Origin: an uncultured Gemmatimonadales bacterium
Lineage (GTDB): Bacteria > Gemmatimonadota > Gemmatimonadetes > Longimicrobiales > Gaopeijiaceae
NCBI GenBank assembly: GCA_963809895.1
Contig: CAWELD010000003.1
Location: forward strand, 3,360,001 to 3,424,000
DNA length: 64,000 nt
Reading direction: 5' to 3'
In this document: positions 1 to 10,442 of the stretch, one piece after another
Layout of the letters: each line of letters opens with the position of its first letter
Position numbering within the stretch: position 1 is the stretch's first letter
Program-made: the position numbers and the translations under genes
The notes under the pieces: model-generated
Database searches by the model: none
What the model saw: the letters and a program-made list of their open reading frames with translations, nothing else
Told to the model about the DNA's origin: nothing

Positions 1-2
1 GA

Positions 3-650
3 AGCAGCGTCGTCCGCGGGCAGGTCCCTCTGGACGACCCTGCCGGGCCTCTGTACGTGCTCTCGGGCCGAGGAGGCTACTATCGGCCGTTCACGACGAT
101 GACACTCAGCTCCATGAGCCCCGATGGCTCGTTCTACTGGGTCCGGAACGACGAATACCGGATCCATCACGTGCTGCCGTCGGGTGACACCCTCGACATC
201 GTGCGGGGCGAGCCCCGCGTACGACTCACGTCGGAGGAGCAGGCCGAGTGGACGGCGCGCTCCGAAAGCATGGCGGAGCGGACCCCCGAGCGCCGTGACG
301 TCTTCTTTCCCATCCCCGAGGTGAAGCCGTACGTCCGCGAAATCACGACGGACCTGGACGCGCGTCTCTGGGTGTCGCGCTACACGGAGGCCGTGTTCAT
401 GGGGTATTCGCCGGAGGAGAAGGACGAGCGGGCGGCGCAGGATCTGCCCAGCTACCAGTGGCGGGATGAGCCCCGCTGGGACGTCTACGATCCGGAAGGG
501 CGCCTGCTGGGCATCGTCACCCTGCCATTCAAGACCACCTTCATGACCGCCCGGGACGACGTGGTCTGGGGAGTCCAGGAAGGCGACTACCGCGAAGACT
601 ACGTGGTACGCTGGCGAATCGAGGGCATGCGGGGCAGGGGCGCACGGTGA
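3..650 (+). CDS. 5'-truncated protein, probable 6-bladed beta-propeller (NHL-like) C-terminal part
   Basis: The frame is open from the window edge. The C-terminal pattern 'WDVYDPEGRLLGIVTLP...VWGVQEGDY..DYVVRWRI' resembles propeller proteins common in this lineage. Confidence 0.55.
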   Translation, partial: SSVVRGQVPLDDPAGPLYVLSGRGGYYRPFTTMTLSSMSPDGSFYWVRNDEYRIHHVLPSGDTLDIVRGEPRVRLTSEEQAEWTARSESMAERTPERRDVFFPIPEVKPYVREITTDLDARLWVSRYTEAVFMGYSPEEKDERAAQDLPSYQWRDEPRWDVYDPEGRLLGIVTLPFKTTFMTARDDVVWGVQEGDYREDYVVRWRIEGMRGRGAR

Positions 651-1189
651 CCGGCTCCGGTCGCTGGGTCCCGGCCTTCTCTGCGGTGGCTTGGCTCCTC
701 CTCCTGGCCACCGCCTCTGCGGCGTCAGCCCAGGAACGGAGCCTGTATTCCATCGAGGGGAGCCTCGTGCGCATCGGGGCCGGATATGCCCGCCAGGTGA
801 GCGAGAACGTCTACCTGGGTGGGGAGCTCGTCTTCGGCGCACCCGTCCTCAGCGTGACGCTCCATCCCTCGGAGAGCTCGCCGGGGGATCCCGAGTTCGG
901 CGAGTTCATTCACCTGGCGTTCTTCGCGCGTCTGGTGCGGTCGGAACGGGCCGAGGTCGACCTGGGCGTGCGCGGCTCCGTCGCCGATCTATGGCCCTGC
1001 CCGGCCAGCGACTGTCTGCCCCAGCCGTTCTTCGGCGTCTACGTGCAGCCCATGGTCGGCGGGCGCCGCTTCAAGGTGGGGATGCGCCTGGTGGCTGGCC
1101 GGATCGGAGAGACTCGCGCGGACAACGCCGGTCGTACGGGCGTGCTCGCCCTGGTACCCTTCGTGGCGAGGCTGACCTTTCCGCGGTAG
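647..1189 (+). CDS. Secreted hypothetical protein, possible small outer-membrane beta-barrel
   Basis: Signal peptide (…ASAASA-QE), alternating beta-strand pattern, and a GTGA overlap with the upstream stop. Confidence 0.55.
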   Translation: MTGSGRWVPAFSAVAWLLLLATASAASAQERSLYSIEGSLVRIGAGYARQVSENVYLGGELVFGAPVLSVTLHPSESSPGDPEFGEFIHLAFFARLVRSERAEVDLGVRGSVADLWPCPASDCLPQPFFGVYVQPMVGGRRFKVGMRLVAGRIGETRADNAGRTGVLALVPFVARLTFPR

Positions 1190-1206
1190 CAGCCGCCCGA
1201 CGGCTA

Positions 1207-1995
1207 TTACGGCAGCCGCACGCTCAGGCAGCTCAACCCGCCGTCCATCTTCCGGAACTCGGACATGTCCAGTGCCAGCACCTGGAAGCCGAGCCGGTCG
1301 AGCGTATCGGTGATGCGGGGGAAGCCGGCCGGGACCAGCACGGTGCCGTTCACGCGCACGCAGTTGGCGGCGTATGCCTCACCCGCGTCCACGACGATGC
1401 GCTCGAATCCGGTGAGCGCCGGGTGGTCGGCGAGAGACGGCACCACCACGACCCGGCCGTCGCCGAGCCAGGCCATGCCGCTCTTGAGATGGAGCAGGGT
1501 GGGATCCGTGCCGATGGGGACGAGCGCCGAGGTGTAGTCGTGGCGGGCGAGCCAGGCCGTGAGCTGTCGGGCTCCCTGAGCATTCGTACGGCGCGAGATC
1601 CCGATGACGAAGCGCGTTCCCACGTGGCAGACGTCGCCGCCGTCCAGGGTACCGGGAGGCTGGATCTCGGCGAGGTCGTCGAACCACTCGCCGAGCGCCA
1701 CGCGCATCGCCTCGACCTCGCCCGCGCGGCTGGGCGCGCCGGGTCGGGTGAGGATCGCTCCGCTCCCGGCCACCACCGCGGTGTCTTCCACGAAGGTCGA
1801 GTCGGGATGCCGTGTATCGGCCGGCAGAGCCGTCACCTGCACTCCCGCCCTCTCGAGGGCCGCCCGGTAGGCAGCGTGCTGGGTGCGTGCAAGCGTCAGG
1901 TCCGGGGGCCCCAGCTCGGAGGTGGTGAGACCGTCGGCGTAGCTGTCGGCCGGTGGACAGACGACGGCGCGAGTGAACGTGGTTCCGTCGGGCAT
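1207..1995 (-). CDS. ddaH: Dimethylarginine dimethylaminohydrolase (amidinotransferase family)
   Basis: Motifs PDSTFVEDT, LDGGDV, LHLKSG and EFRKMDGGLSCLS (catalytic Cys). Start re-set to the ATG at 1995. Confidence 0.9.
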   Translation of the reverse strand: MPDGTTFTRAVVCPPADSYADGLTTSELGPPDLTLARTQHAAYRAALERAGVQVTALPADTRHPDSTFVEDTAVVAGSGAILTRPGAPSRAGEVEAMRVALGEWFDDLAEIQPPGTLDGGDVCHVGTRFVIGISRRTNAQGARQLTAWLARHDYTSALVPIGTDPTLLHLKSGMAWLGDGRVVVVPSLADHPALTGFERIVVDAGEAYAANCVRVNGTVLVPAGFPRITDTLDRLGFQVLALDMSEFRKMDGGLSCLSVRLP

Positions 1996-2107
1996 GGTGA
2001 CGGGACACTCGCGGGTGCGGCGCCCGCAATCAAGTAGAAATGGCGAGGCCGACCTTTCCGCGTTAGGGTCACTCCCGTCAGCGACTCCCTCGAGACCCGG
2101 AGACCAG

Positions 2108-2470
2108 GTGGCCAGGAACGTGCTCGGCGGCGAGCTCCAGGACTGTTCTCTGGATCCCCTCACCGGCTTCTTTCGTGACGGTTGCTGCCGCACGGGCGCC
2201 GACGACCTGGGCGTGCACGTGGTGTGCGCGCGCATGACGGCAGAGTTCCTGGAGTTCTCCCGCGCCCGGGGCAACGACCTGGTCACGCCACGCCCGGCGG
2301 TGGGTTTCGCGGGGCTGGAGCCCGGCGATCAATGGTGCCTGTGCGCCGCGCGTTGGAAGGAGGCGTTGGATGCCGGTGTGGCGCCACCGGTGGTGCTGGA
2401 GGCCACCCACATGTCGGCGTTGGAGTTCGCGAATCTCGCCGACCTCCAGGCCCACGAGTGGAAGGACTGA
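2108..2470 (+). CDS. DUF2237 family protein
   Basis: [26 protein letters not shown]…GNDL.TP…[11 protein letters not shown] signature, with a GTG start at 2108. Confidence 0.9.
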   Translation: MARNVLGGELQDCSLDPLTGFFRDGCCRTGADDLGVHVVCARMTAEFLEFSRARGNDLVTPRPAVGFAGLEPGDQWCLCAARWKEALDAGVAPPVVLEATHMSALEFANLADLQAHEWKD

Positions 2471-2475
2471 GCCGC

Positions 2476-2949
2476 ATGGCCGACACGACGTCGCTGGACA
2501 TCACCATCTGGGTCGATGCCGACGCCGCACCCCGTGACGTGAAGGAGATCGTCTTCCGGGCGGCCAAGCGCCTGGAGATCCGTACGGTGCTGGTGGCCAA
2601 CCAGCGCATGCCGGTGCCGCTGAACAATCCGCACGTGAGCGCGGTCTGGGTGCAGGGCGGGCCCGACGTGGCGGACCAACACATCGCCGAGCACGCGGAG
2701 GAAGGGGACCTGGCCGTGACGGCGGACATTCCCCTGGCGGCAGTCCTGGTGGAGAAGGGACTCCGGGTGCTGGATCCCCGGGGCGAGGAGTACAGCGAGG
2801 ACAACGTCCGCGAGCGCCTCTCCATCCGGGACTTCATGCAATCGCTCCGGGACACCGGCGTCGAGACCGGAGGTCCGGCGCCGTACAGCGACCGGGACAA
2901 GCACGCCTTCGCGGCCGCGCTGGACCGCATCCTGACGGCGCTGCGCTGA
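2476..2949 (+). CDS. YaiI/YqxD family protein (DUF188)
   Basis: [17 protein letters not shown] and [11 protein letters not shown] motifs. Confidence 0.9.
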   Translation: MADTTSLDITIWVDADAAPRDVKEIVFRAAKRLEIRTVLVANQRMPVPLNNPHVSAVWVQGGPDVADQHIAEHAEEGDLAVTADIPLAAVLVEKGLRVLDPRGEEYSEDNVRERLSIRDFMQSLRDTGVETGGPAPYSDRDKHAFAAALDRILTALR

Positions 2950-3041
2950 CGAGAAACGACTCCGGCGCGCCGCCCTGGCCCCGCGCCTACCTTGCGAGGT
3001 ATCTTCTCGTTACCCTCCCGTCCACCATTCCGGATGGACTC

Positions 3042-3608
3042 ATGACGATGTCGACGCTGGATACGGGAAAGGTCGCGGACCACGTCCGCAAGGTCGATGC
3101 CCGGCGCGCGGCGCACCCCGTGAAGTTCTGGCTGGGGACCAGAGGCTTTTCGATCGCCTTCGCCTTCGTCTTCTTCGTGGGTGTGCTCCCACTCATCAGC
3201 GGTCTGCCCGAGGGCTCCTACGACCCCCGCGGATGGCTGCTCTGGATGCGTGTCGGAGTCGCGTGTCTGACTCTGGCCCTCACCTGGGTCACGACGATGT
3301 GGTTGACGCCGGGCGCACAGGCCAGCGTCGAAGCCAAGACCGCCTACGCCGAACAGGAGTTCGCCAAGCTCACCGCACCCGGGTGGAAGCGCCGGTTCTT
3401 CCGCATCGGCATCCTGATCGGCTTGGCCGTTGGCGGCGTCGTGGGCCCGCTGGTGGCATGGGTAGCGCCGGATCCGGGAAGCGGCTGGGGCGTGCGCGTC
3501 CTGGTCTTCTTCGGCTTCATGCTCGCCACCATGGCGTGGACCATCCCAATGGCCTTCCTGATCCGCTGGATCTCGTTCAGGAGCTATCGACGGTACCTGG
3601 CAGGCTGA
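3042..3608 (+). CDS. Hypothetical membrane protein (about 4 TM)
   Basis: Four hydrophobic segments. The 3' end overlaps the convergent peptidase gene. Confidence 0.65.
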   Translation: MTMSTLDTGKVADHVRKVDARRAAHPVKFWLGTRGFSIAFAFVFFVGVLPLISGLPEGSYDPRGWLLWMRVGVACLTLALTWVTTMWLTPGAQASVEAKTAYAEQEFAKLTAPGWKRRFFRIGILIGLAVGGVVGPLVAWVAPDPGSGWGVRVLVFFGFMLATMAWTIPMAFLIRWISFRSYRRYLAG

Positions 3609-5436
3609 GCCCCAGATGCTCGACGAAGAACCGCTCCATGGCGCGGTAGAAGTCGAACTGGTTCTCCTCGTTCTGGAACCCGTGTCCCTCGTTGTCCTTG
3701 ACCAGGTACTGGACGTCCACGCCTCGCTCGCGTAGCGCTGCGACGATCTGATCCGATTCGGCCTTGCGGACCCGAGGGTCGTTGGCGCCCTGGGCGACCA
3801 ACAGTGGACACCGAATGCGGTCCACGTGGAAGAGCGGCGAGGTCGCCTTCAGGCGCTGGGCGTCGCGCTCGGGGTCACCGACCATCTCGTGCATCATGGC
3901 GCGCAGGGGCTCCCAGTACGGCGGAAACCCCTCGAGCCACGTGAAGATGTTCGACACGCCACAGTAGCTGACGGCGCAGGCGAACAGCTCCGGCTCCTTC
4001 GTGATGCCCGCAAGCGTCGCGTACCCGCCGTAGCTGCCGCCGTAGATCCCGACCCGAGCGGGATCGGCCAGCTCCTGCTGCACCGCCCAGCGCACGGCAT
4101 CGGTCAGGTCGTCCTGCATGGCCAGGCCCCATTGGCCGAACCCGGCCTCCCAGAATCCCCTGCCGTAACCGGTGGACCCTCGGAAATTCACCTGCAGCAC
4201 CGCCGCGCCCCGGTTGGCGAGGAACTGGACCTCGGGGTTGAAGCCCCAGGAGTCACGATGCCACGGTCCGCCATGGGGGTGAAGGACGAGTGGAAGGTCC
4301 TTCGGCTCCACACCCACGGGCACGGTCAGGTACCCGTGGATCGTGAGGCCGTCACGACTCGTGAGAGAGATGGGCCGCATCTCCGCCAGCTCGTCTTCGG
4401 GCAGCCAGGGACTCGCGTCGAAGAGCGGCTTCAGCTCACGCTGCGCCCCGTGATCCTCCCAGGTGAGCAGGTGGTAGCGGCCGCGCGTGCGGTCACCGCC
4501 CGAATGCACGACCCAGCGCGTCTCGTCGCGCGAATGCGAGCCCAGGCGGTTCAGACGGCCCGGGAGCTCCGCATCGAGGTACTCCTGCTGGGCCCGCCGC
4601 TCGTCGTCGAGGAAGTGCCACCTCGGCCTGTCCGTCTCGTAGGTGACCGACGTGAGAACGCGCCGCCGCCGAGACGCGGTGAGCCCGGTCACGTCCACCT
4701 GGGGGTGTTCGAAGATCAGGGCCCCATGCTCGGCGGTCGTCGGATCGTATTCGAAGATCGCCGTCGTGTCGCGGCCCACGTTCGAGGACACGAGCAGGCG
4801 GCGGTCGTCGAAGGTGAATCGGAACGGAGCCAGGGTCTCGCGGAAGTCGTGTGTGGCGAGCGTCTGCCAGGGAAGCTCCTCCGTCTCGCGGTACATGAGG
4901 CTCGTCGAGACGCCGTCGGTGGCGTAGGCCGCCCGGATACGGCCCGACCAATCCGTGACCCAGCGCCTGATGTTGCCCGGATTCTCGGCGACGAGCTCGA
5001 TCTCGCCGGTGACGACGTTGGCGCGATAGGCATCGAAGACGTGCGGGTCACGACGGTTCATCTCGAACAGTACTCGATCGGGCTCGTCTTCGAGGTCGTC
5101 CACGAGCCCGCACTTCACGTCGTCGAAGGGAGTGATGTCGATCGCCTCCGAGCCGTCGGCTCTCACCGCGTGCAGCCGGTAGTTCTCGTCGCCGCCGGAG
5201 TCCTGGGCGTACACGAGCCGGTCGTCGCTGGCCCACAGCCACCCGAGAACGTCGCGGGTCGTGGCGTGCGTCACGCGCTGCTCCTCGCCCGTTCGCAGGT
5301 CCTGGACGTGAACGTTGAGGCGCCTCTTCCAGGGAGCGAGCCAGCCGAGACGGGTGCCGTCGGGAGAGATCCGGACCGCCGTCCGCTCGGGTTTGCGGAA
5401 GAAGTCTTCGACCGGGATGCGATACACCGATGTCAT
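3577..5436 (-). CDS. S9 family (prolyl oligopeptidase-like) peptidase
   Basis: HGGPW, GGSYGG nucleophile, GANDPRV and EGHGF motifs. ATG at 5436 is coupled to the TetR stop (ATGA). Confidence 0.93.
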   Translation of the reverse strand: MTSVYRIPVEDFFRKPERTAVRISPDGTRLGWLAPWKRRLNVHVQDLRTGEEQRVTHATTRDVLGWLWASDDRLVYAQDSGGDENYRLHAVRADGSEAIDITPFDDVKCGLVDDLEDEPDRVLFEMNRRDPHVFDAYRANVVTGEIELVAENPGNIRRWVTDWSGRIRAAYATDGVSTSLMYRETEELPWQTLATHDFRETLAPFRFTFDDRRLLVSSNVGRDTTAIFEYDPTTAEHGALIFEHPQVDVTGLTASRRRRVLTSVTYETDRPRWHFLDDERRAQQEYLDAELPGRLNRLGSHSRDETRWVVHSGGDRTRGRYHLLTWEDHGAQRELKPLFDASPWLPEDELAEMRPISLTSRDGLTIHGYLTVPVGVEPKDLPLVLHPHGGPWHRDSWGFNPEVQFLANRGAAVLQVNFRGSTGYGRGFWEAGFGQWGLAMQDDLTDAVRWAVQQELADPARVGIYGGSYGGYATLAGITKEPELFACAVSYCGVSNIFTWLEGFPPYWEPLRAMMHEMVGDPERDAQRLKATSPLFHVDRIRCPLLVAQGANDPRVRKAESDQIVAALRERGVDVQYLVKDNEGHGFQNEENQFDFYRAMERFFVEHLGLSLPGTVDSS

Positions 5437-6101
5437 GATGTCCCCTCCTCTGCCACGCCCTCGGCCGGCAACCCCAGGTAGTTGAGCAGCATGCGGGTCA
5501 GCTCGCCGGCGAACCACTCCGGGTCCGACCGGTAGCGCCGCGGCGGATCCGGCCTCAGCAGCACGTCCCTGATGGCGCTGGCCACCGCGGTGACGATGAA
5601 GGTCACGCCCCGCTCGGGATCCGGATGCGCCATGGACGCGCGCCGTTCGAGCAGGATCCGCGACAGATCCCGGAACGCCTCGCGTCGTATGCGGGTCAGG
5701 CGGTTGCGGAAGCCCGGATCCGCCTGGTGTTCGGAGAACTCCCTCACTGCCGCATACAGTCTGCGGTTCTCCGCATAGTCCCGCACGGTTCCCTGAAGGC
5801 CCTTCTCCAACAGCGGCCCGATCGGCTCGGCGCGCCAACGCGTTCGATCGAGAGACCGGGCATTCGTGGCGATGGCGCGCTCCTCGACCCGCAGGAAGAC
5901 GGCTCGGAGCATGGCATCCTTGTCGGCGAACCGCTTGTAGACGTTGCCCACGGCCATTCCCGCGCGGGCCGCGATGGCGGGAACCGTCGCTGCCGGCAGC
6001 CCTCCCTCCCGGAGCAGCACCTCCGCCGCGTCCAGCAGCCGCTCCCGGGTCCTCTCCGCCCGGCTGACGCCGGAGCCCCTCTCCACCACTTCCACCGGCA
6101 T
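5433..6101 (-). CDS. TetR/AcrR family transcriptional regulator
   Basis: N-terminal HTH 'TRERLLDAA…ATVPAIAARAGMAVGNVYKRFADKDAML'. GGAGGG SD precedes ATG 6101. Confidence 0.9.
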   Translation of the reverse strand: MPVEVVERGSGVSRAERTRERLLDAAEVLLREGGLPAATVPAIAARAGMAVGNVYKRFADKDAMLRAVFLRVEERAIATNARSLDRTRWRAEPIGPLLEKGLQGTVRDYAENRRLYAAVREFSEHQADPGFRNRLTRIRREAFRDLSRILLERRASMAHPDPERGVTFIVTAVASAIRDVLLRPDPPRRYRSDPEWFAGELTRMLLNYLGLPAEGVAEEGTS

Positions 6102-6131
6102 GGTCAGTCCCTCCAGCATTGGCATGCGTCG

Positions 6132-6171
6132 GGTGAATTCATATTCACCGTCTCGGTGAATCATAATTCAC
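6132..6171. promoter_or_regulatory. Tandem palindromic operators GTGAAT-N4-ATTCAC (x2), probable TetR sites
   Basis: GGTGAAT-TCAT-ATTCACC at 6132-6149 and GTGAAT-CATA-ATTCAC at 6156-6171, in an AT-rich patch just upstream of tetR. Confidence 0.75.
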
Positions 6172-6279
6172 TCTTCGGCGGCGCACCAGCCTACGACACC
6201 CTTCCCGCTTGCCAGCCCCGGCGGGCGGCGGGTAGGATTTTCCTGCCTTCCCCAGACGCGTCCCGAGAGGAATCCCCCG

Positions 6280-9200
6280 ATGGCTCTCCGCTTTCCGTTC
6301 CGCGCCCTCGCCGCAGCCTTCGTGGCTGCCGCCCCATTCGCGCCCGGCCTCCGTCCGCTGGCGGCCCAGACCCCTCCGGCCATCAGCGAGGCGGATCTGG
6401 CAGTCCTGCATCCCCGCTCCATCGGACCAGCGGTGACCGGGGGGCGCATCACGGACCTGGCGGTGCCCCCGGGCCATCCTTCCACGATCTACGTGGCCAC
6501 GGCCTCGGGCGGCATCTGGAAATCCACGAACCGCGGGCACACCTGGACGCCAATCTTCGACGATCAGGCGGTGAGCACCTTCGGCGACGTGGCCATCGCA
6601 CCGTCCAATCCCGACGTCCTGTACGCGGGCACGGGCGAGCAGAACAACCGGCAGAGCACGTCGTGGGGGAACGGCGTGTACCGCTCCGACGACGGCGGCG
6701 ACACCTGGCGCCACCTGGGACTCGTGGGCACGCGGCACGTGGGCAAGATCGAGATCCATCCCACCAATCCCGACATCGTGTGGGTGGCGGGCATGGGGAA
6801 CCTGTGGGGCGAGGGAGAAGAGCGAGGCGTCTTCCGCAGCACCGACGGCGGCCGCACCTGGGACAAGGTCCTCTACGTGGACGCCACCACGGGAGCGGTG
6901 GACCTGGCCATGGATCCCACGAACCCCGACGTGCTCTACGCCGCCATGTATCAGCGCATGCGCAAGGCGTGGGGATTCAATGGCGGCGGCCCCGGGAGCG
7001 GCATCTACAAGACCACCGACGGAGGCGACACCTGGACGCGCCTCAGCCAGGGACTTCCGGACGTCGACATGGGCCGCATCGGGCTCGCCATCTCAGAGTC
7101 GAACCCGAACATCGTCATGGCCCTGGTCGAGGCCCCCAACGAGCCCAGTGGGGATCAGGGCCAGGGCGGAGGGTTTGGAGGTCGCGGGCGCGGCGGACCC
7201 CCCAACGCCACGGGCACCTACCGCTCGGAAGACGCCGGCGCCACCTGGACCAAGGTGAGCGATCAGAACGGGCGGCCGATGTACTACTCCGAGCTCTTCA
7301 TCCACCCGCTGGATCCGAACCTGGTCTTCACGGCCGAGACCAACAGCAAGCGCAGCCACGACGGCGGCCGCACCTGGGAGGACATCGCGGCCCAGCCCAC
7401 CTACGACGTGGGCGTGCACCTGGACATGCACGCCATGTGGCTGGATCCCGACGACACCGAGCACTGGCTGCTGGCCGGCGACGGCGGGCTCCACGAGACG
7501 TACGACGGTGGGGCCAACTACCGGAAGATCAACAACTTTCCCATCGGGCAGTTCTACGCCATCGACGTGGACATGCGCGATCCCTACTGGGTCTACGGCG
7601 GACTCCAGGACAACCACTCCTGGATGGGACCCTCCGAGACCCGGCGCTGGGGCGGGATCGTCAACGACGACTGGCAGGAGATCGGGTTCAGCGACGGGAT
7701 GTATCAGCAGGTGGACAAGGCGGGCCCGCGCTACGTGTACAGCTCCGCCACCCAGGGCAGCTACACGCGGGTCGACGTCATTTCGGGGATCAAGCGCCCC
7801 ATCGGTCCCACGGCACCCGACGGGGAGCGGTACAGCTTCGATTGGACCTCGCCCGGCATGGCCTCGGACCACCAGGAGGGGCTGTTCTACATGGGCGGCA
7901 ACCGACTCTTCATCTCCCGGGACTTCGGTGACTCCTTCGAAGCCACCGAAGACGTGAGCCGGGGGATCGACCTGAGCCAGCGCTCGCTGCTCGGGGTCCC
8001 CTACGACGATTTCTACATCTCGGCCAACGACGGCGTCGGCGGCTTCGGCGTCATCACCACCCTGGACGAATCCCCCCTGGACATGACGGTGCTGTGGATC
8101 GGCACCGACGACGGCAACCTGAAGGTGTCCAGGGATCAGGGCGCGAGCTGGACCGAGGTGAGCGGGAACGTGCCGGGGCTTCCCGACGAGACCTATGTGA
8201 GTCGGGTGGTGGCCTCGGGCGCGGAGCTGGGCACGGCCTACGCCACCTTCGACGGCCACAGGAACGGCGACTTCGCGCCCTACGTCTACCGTACCACGGA
8301 CTTCGGCGCGACCTGGACGCCGCTGAACGCCGGGCTCCCCGAAGGCTCGGTCAACGTGCTGGTGGAGCATCCCGACAACGCCGACGTGCTCTTCCTGGGA
8401 ACCGAGCATTCGGCCTGGGTCAGCACCGATGGCGGCACCCACTGGGCGAGGCTCCAGAACGTGCCCACCACGGCGTACGACGACATGGTGATCCATCCCC
8501 GGGAGAAGGACCTGGTCATGGGCACCCACGGCCGGAGCATCTGGATCCTGGACGACACGCGGCCCCTGGCCGAGTGGACCGCCGCCGCGGTGACCGAGCC
8601 GGCGCACCTGTTCTCCATCGATCAGGGCACCCTCTTCCGCTACCGCAAGGACACCTCGTACCGGGCCCAGGGCGAGTTCGCGGGCGAGAACCCACCCGAC
8701 GGCGTCGAGGTGAGCTACGTGCTGGGCGCCGGCTCGGGCCCGGCGGAGCTGGTGATCACCAGTCCCCGGGACGAAGTGGTGCGCCGCATGCTGGTGCCCT
8801 CGGAGCCCGGGCTCCACCGGGTGAACTGGAACCTCCGGCACGGGGATCCCGACAGCCCGGACACCTGGGAGCGCTTCGACGACCCCGACTACGCGCGTCC
8901 GCCGCGCCAGGGCCCCGGGCCCTTCGTGTCGCCGGGCCGCTACCAGGTCACGCTGCGGGCCAGGGGGATCGAGCGCACGCAGGCGGTGACGGTGAGGGGG
9001 GATCCCATGCTGGACCTCACCGACGCGGACTACCGGGCCACGGAAGCCTTCGGCCTCCGGGTGGAGGCGCTGAACCGACTCCTCCAGCAGGCGATGCAGG
9101 GGCAGGGCCGCAACGCACCGCCCGAGCTCCAGGCGCTGGCCCGGGACATCCGCATGCTGGGCGGCGCGTACGGAGACAGTGGGAGCTTCAACGACGGCAA

Positions 9201-9285
9201 CTTCGGTCCCCCCGACGCCGCCGACCTCGAACGTCTCGAGGCGCTGGAGGCGCGGGTACGGGACATGGGGATGGACGGTTCATGA
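6280..9285 (+). CDS. Secreted VPS10/sortilin-like BNR (Asp-box) beta-propeller protein
   Basis: Signal peptide, RSIGPA..GGRI start, and many S/T-x-D-G-G-x-T-W Asp-box repeats. Confidence 0.88.
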   Translation: MALRFPFRALAAAFVAAAPFAPGLRPLAAQTPPAISEADLAVLHPRSIGPAVTGGRITDLAVPPGHPSTIYVATASGGIWKSTNRGHTWTPIFDDQAVSTFGDVAIAPSNPDVLYAGTGEQNNRQSTSWGNGVYRSDDGGDTWRHLGLVGTRHVGKIEIHPTNPDIVWVAGMGNLWGEGEERGVFRSTDGGRTWDKVLYVDATTGAVDLAMDPTNPDVLYAAMYQRMRKAWGFNGGGPGSGIYKTTDGGDTWTRLSQGLPDVDMGRIGLAISESNPNIVMALVEAPNEPSGDQGQGGGFGGRGRGGPPNATGTYRSEDAGATWTKVSDQNGRPMYYSELFIHPLDPNLVFTAETNSKRSHDGGRTWEDIAAQPTYDVGVHLDMHAMWLDPDDTEHWLLAGDGGLHETYDGGANYRKINNFPIGQFYAIDVDMRDPYWVYGGLQDNHSWMGPSETRRWGGIVNDDWQEIGFSDGMYQQVDKAGPRYVYSSATQGSYTRVDVISGIKRPIGPTAPDGERYSFDWTSPGMASDHQEGLFYMGGNRLFISRDFGDSFEATEDVSRGIDLSQRSLLGVPYDDFYISANDGVGGFGVITTLDESPLDMTVLWIGTDDGNLKVSRDQGASWTEVSGNVPGLPDETYVSRVVASGAELGTAYATFDGHRNGDFAPYVYRTTDFGATWTPLNAGLPEGSVNVLVEHPDNADVLFLGTEHSAWVSTDGGTHWARLQNVPTTAYDDMVIHPREKDLVMGTHGRSIWILDDTRPLAEWTAAAVTEPAHLFSIDQGTLFRYRKDTSYRAQGEFAGENPPDGVEVSYVLGAGSGPAELVITSPRDEVVRRMLVPSEPGLHRVNWNLRHGDPDSPDTWERFDDPDYARPPRQGPGPFVSPGRYQVTLRARGIERTQAVTVRGDPMLDLTDADYRATEAFGLRVEALNRLLQQAMQGQGRNAPPELQALARDIRMLGGAYGDSGSFNDGNFGPPDAADLERLEALEARVRDMGMDGS

Positions 9286-9764
9286 GACTGCATTCGATGG
9301 GATGGGTGGTGGCAGCGGGCGCAGCGTATGGCGATGGCGGGATGCGGCGAGAACAGAGGGCCTCGACGCTGGACCTTCGGCTCCGCGGCTCCCTGGACGA
9401 CTCGGCGAGCCTCGCGGGTCTGCGGGTCCAGGTGAATGAGGACCTGTTCGACGCCGGGGATTTCGCCGCGGGCGAGAACCCCTCCCTTCACCTCGTCCTG
9501 CCTACGTCGGGTGAAGTCCGGGTGTGGGTCGCTCTCTGGCAGGGCGGTGTGAACGTGTCCGAGGGCTCGGTGAGCTGGGACGTCGGGCGGGACTGGGAGT
9601 GGACGATGGACATCCAACGCTCGTCGGACGACGTGTTCTCCGCCTGCTTCGGCTGCACCGGCTACAGCAGGATACCCATCGCTCCCCAGGCCCAGCAGGA
9701 ACCCGACGAAGCTCTGTGGGTCACCTGGGGTGGCAAGCCCCGGGGTTCGGACATCGTGTTCTGA
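9282..9764 (+). CDS. Hypothetical protein, possibly a lipoprotein with an indel-damaged N-terminus
   Basis: ATGA overlap with the upstream gene and a CFGC motif. An alternative frame near 9328-9360 reads MAMAGCGEN, which resembles a lipobox. Confidence 0.5.
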   Translation: MRLHSMGWVVAAGAAYGDGGMRREQRASTLDLRLRGSLDDSASLAGLRVQVNEDLFDAGDFAAGENPSLHLVLPTSGEVRVWVALWQGGVNVSEGSVSWDVGRDWEWTMDIQRSSDDVFSACFGCTGYSRIPIAPQAQQEPDEALWVTWGGKPRGSDIVF

Positions 9765-9794
9765 CCCCGACACTCCCACCCGACCCTCTCCGCC

Positions 9795-10442
9795 ATGCGT
9801 ACCCTCCCCCACCTCTTCGAGAAGAACCGCGCCTGGGCCGCCAGGGTCAGCGCGGAAGATCCCACCTTCTTCCAGCAGCTCTCCAAGCAGCAGGCGCCCG
9901 AATACCTGTGGATCGGCTGCTCCGACAGCCGCGTGCCCGCGAACCAGATCGTGGGGCTGTTGCCCGGTGAAATGTTCGTGCACCGCAACGTGGCCAACGT
10001 GGTCGTGCACACCGACCTGAACTGCCTGTCCACGATCCAGTACGCGGTGGACGCACTGGAGGTGAGGCACGTCATCGTGTGTGGCCACTACGGCTGCGGC
10101 GGTGTGGGGGCGGCCCTCCGGGGCGACCGGGTTGGCCTGGTGGACAACTGGCTCGGCCACGTGCAGGACGTGCGCGCCAAGCACCGAGAGCAGCTCGACG
10201 CCCTGGACAGCGACACGGCCCGGCACGCGCGGCTGTGCGAGCTGAACGTCATCGAGCAGGTGGTGAACGTGGCGCGGACCACCGTGGTGCGAGACGCGTG
10301 GCGGCGCGACCAGAAGCTCGCCGTGCACGGCTGGATCTACGACCTGGAAGACGGCCTGCTGCGCGACCTGGGCGTGTGCGTGGAGGGCGACCACGACCTG
10401 CCCGCGTGCGAAGAGGCCACCCGTCGCCCCGCGGCGGGATGA
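9795..10442 (+). CDS. can: Beta-class carbonic anhydrase
   Basis: WIGCSDSRVP, HRNVAN and CGHYGCGG zinc-ligand motifs. Confidence 0.95.
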   Translation: MRTLPHLFEKNRAWAARVSAEDPTFFQQLSKQQAPEYLWIGCSDSRVPANQIVGLLPGEMFVHRNVANVVVHTDLNCLSTIQYAVDALEVRHVIVCGHYGCGGVGAALRGDRVGLVDNWLGHVQDVRAKHREQLDALDSDTARHARLCELNVIEQVVNVARTTVVRDAWRRDQKLAVHGWIYDLEDGLLRDLGVCVEGDHDLPACEEATRRPAAG

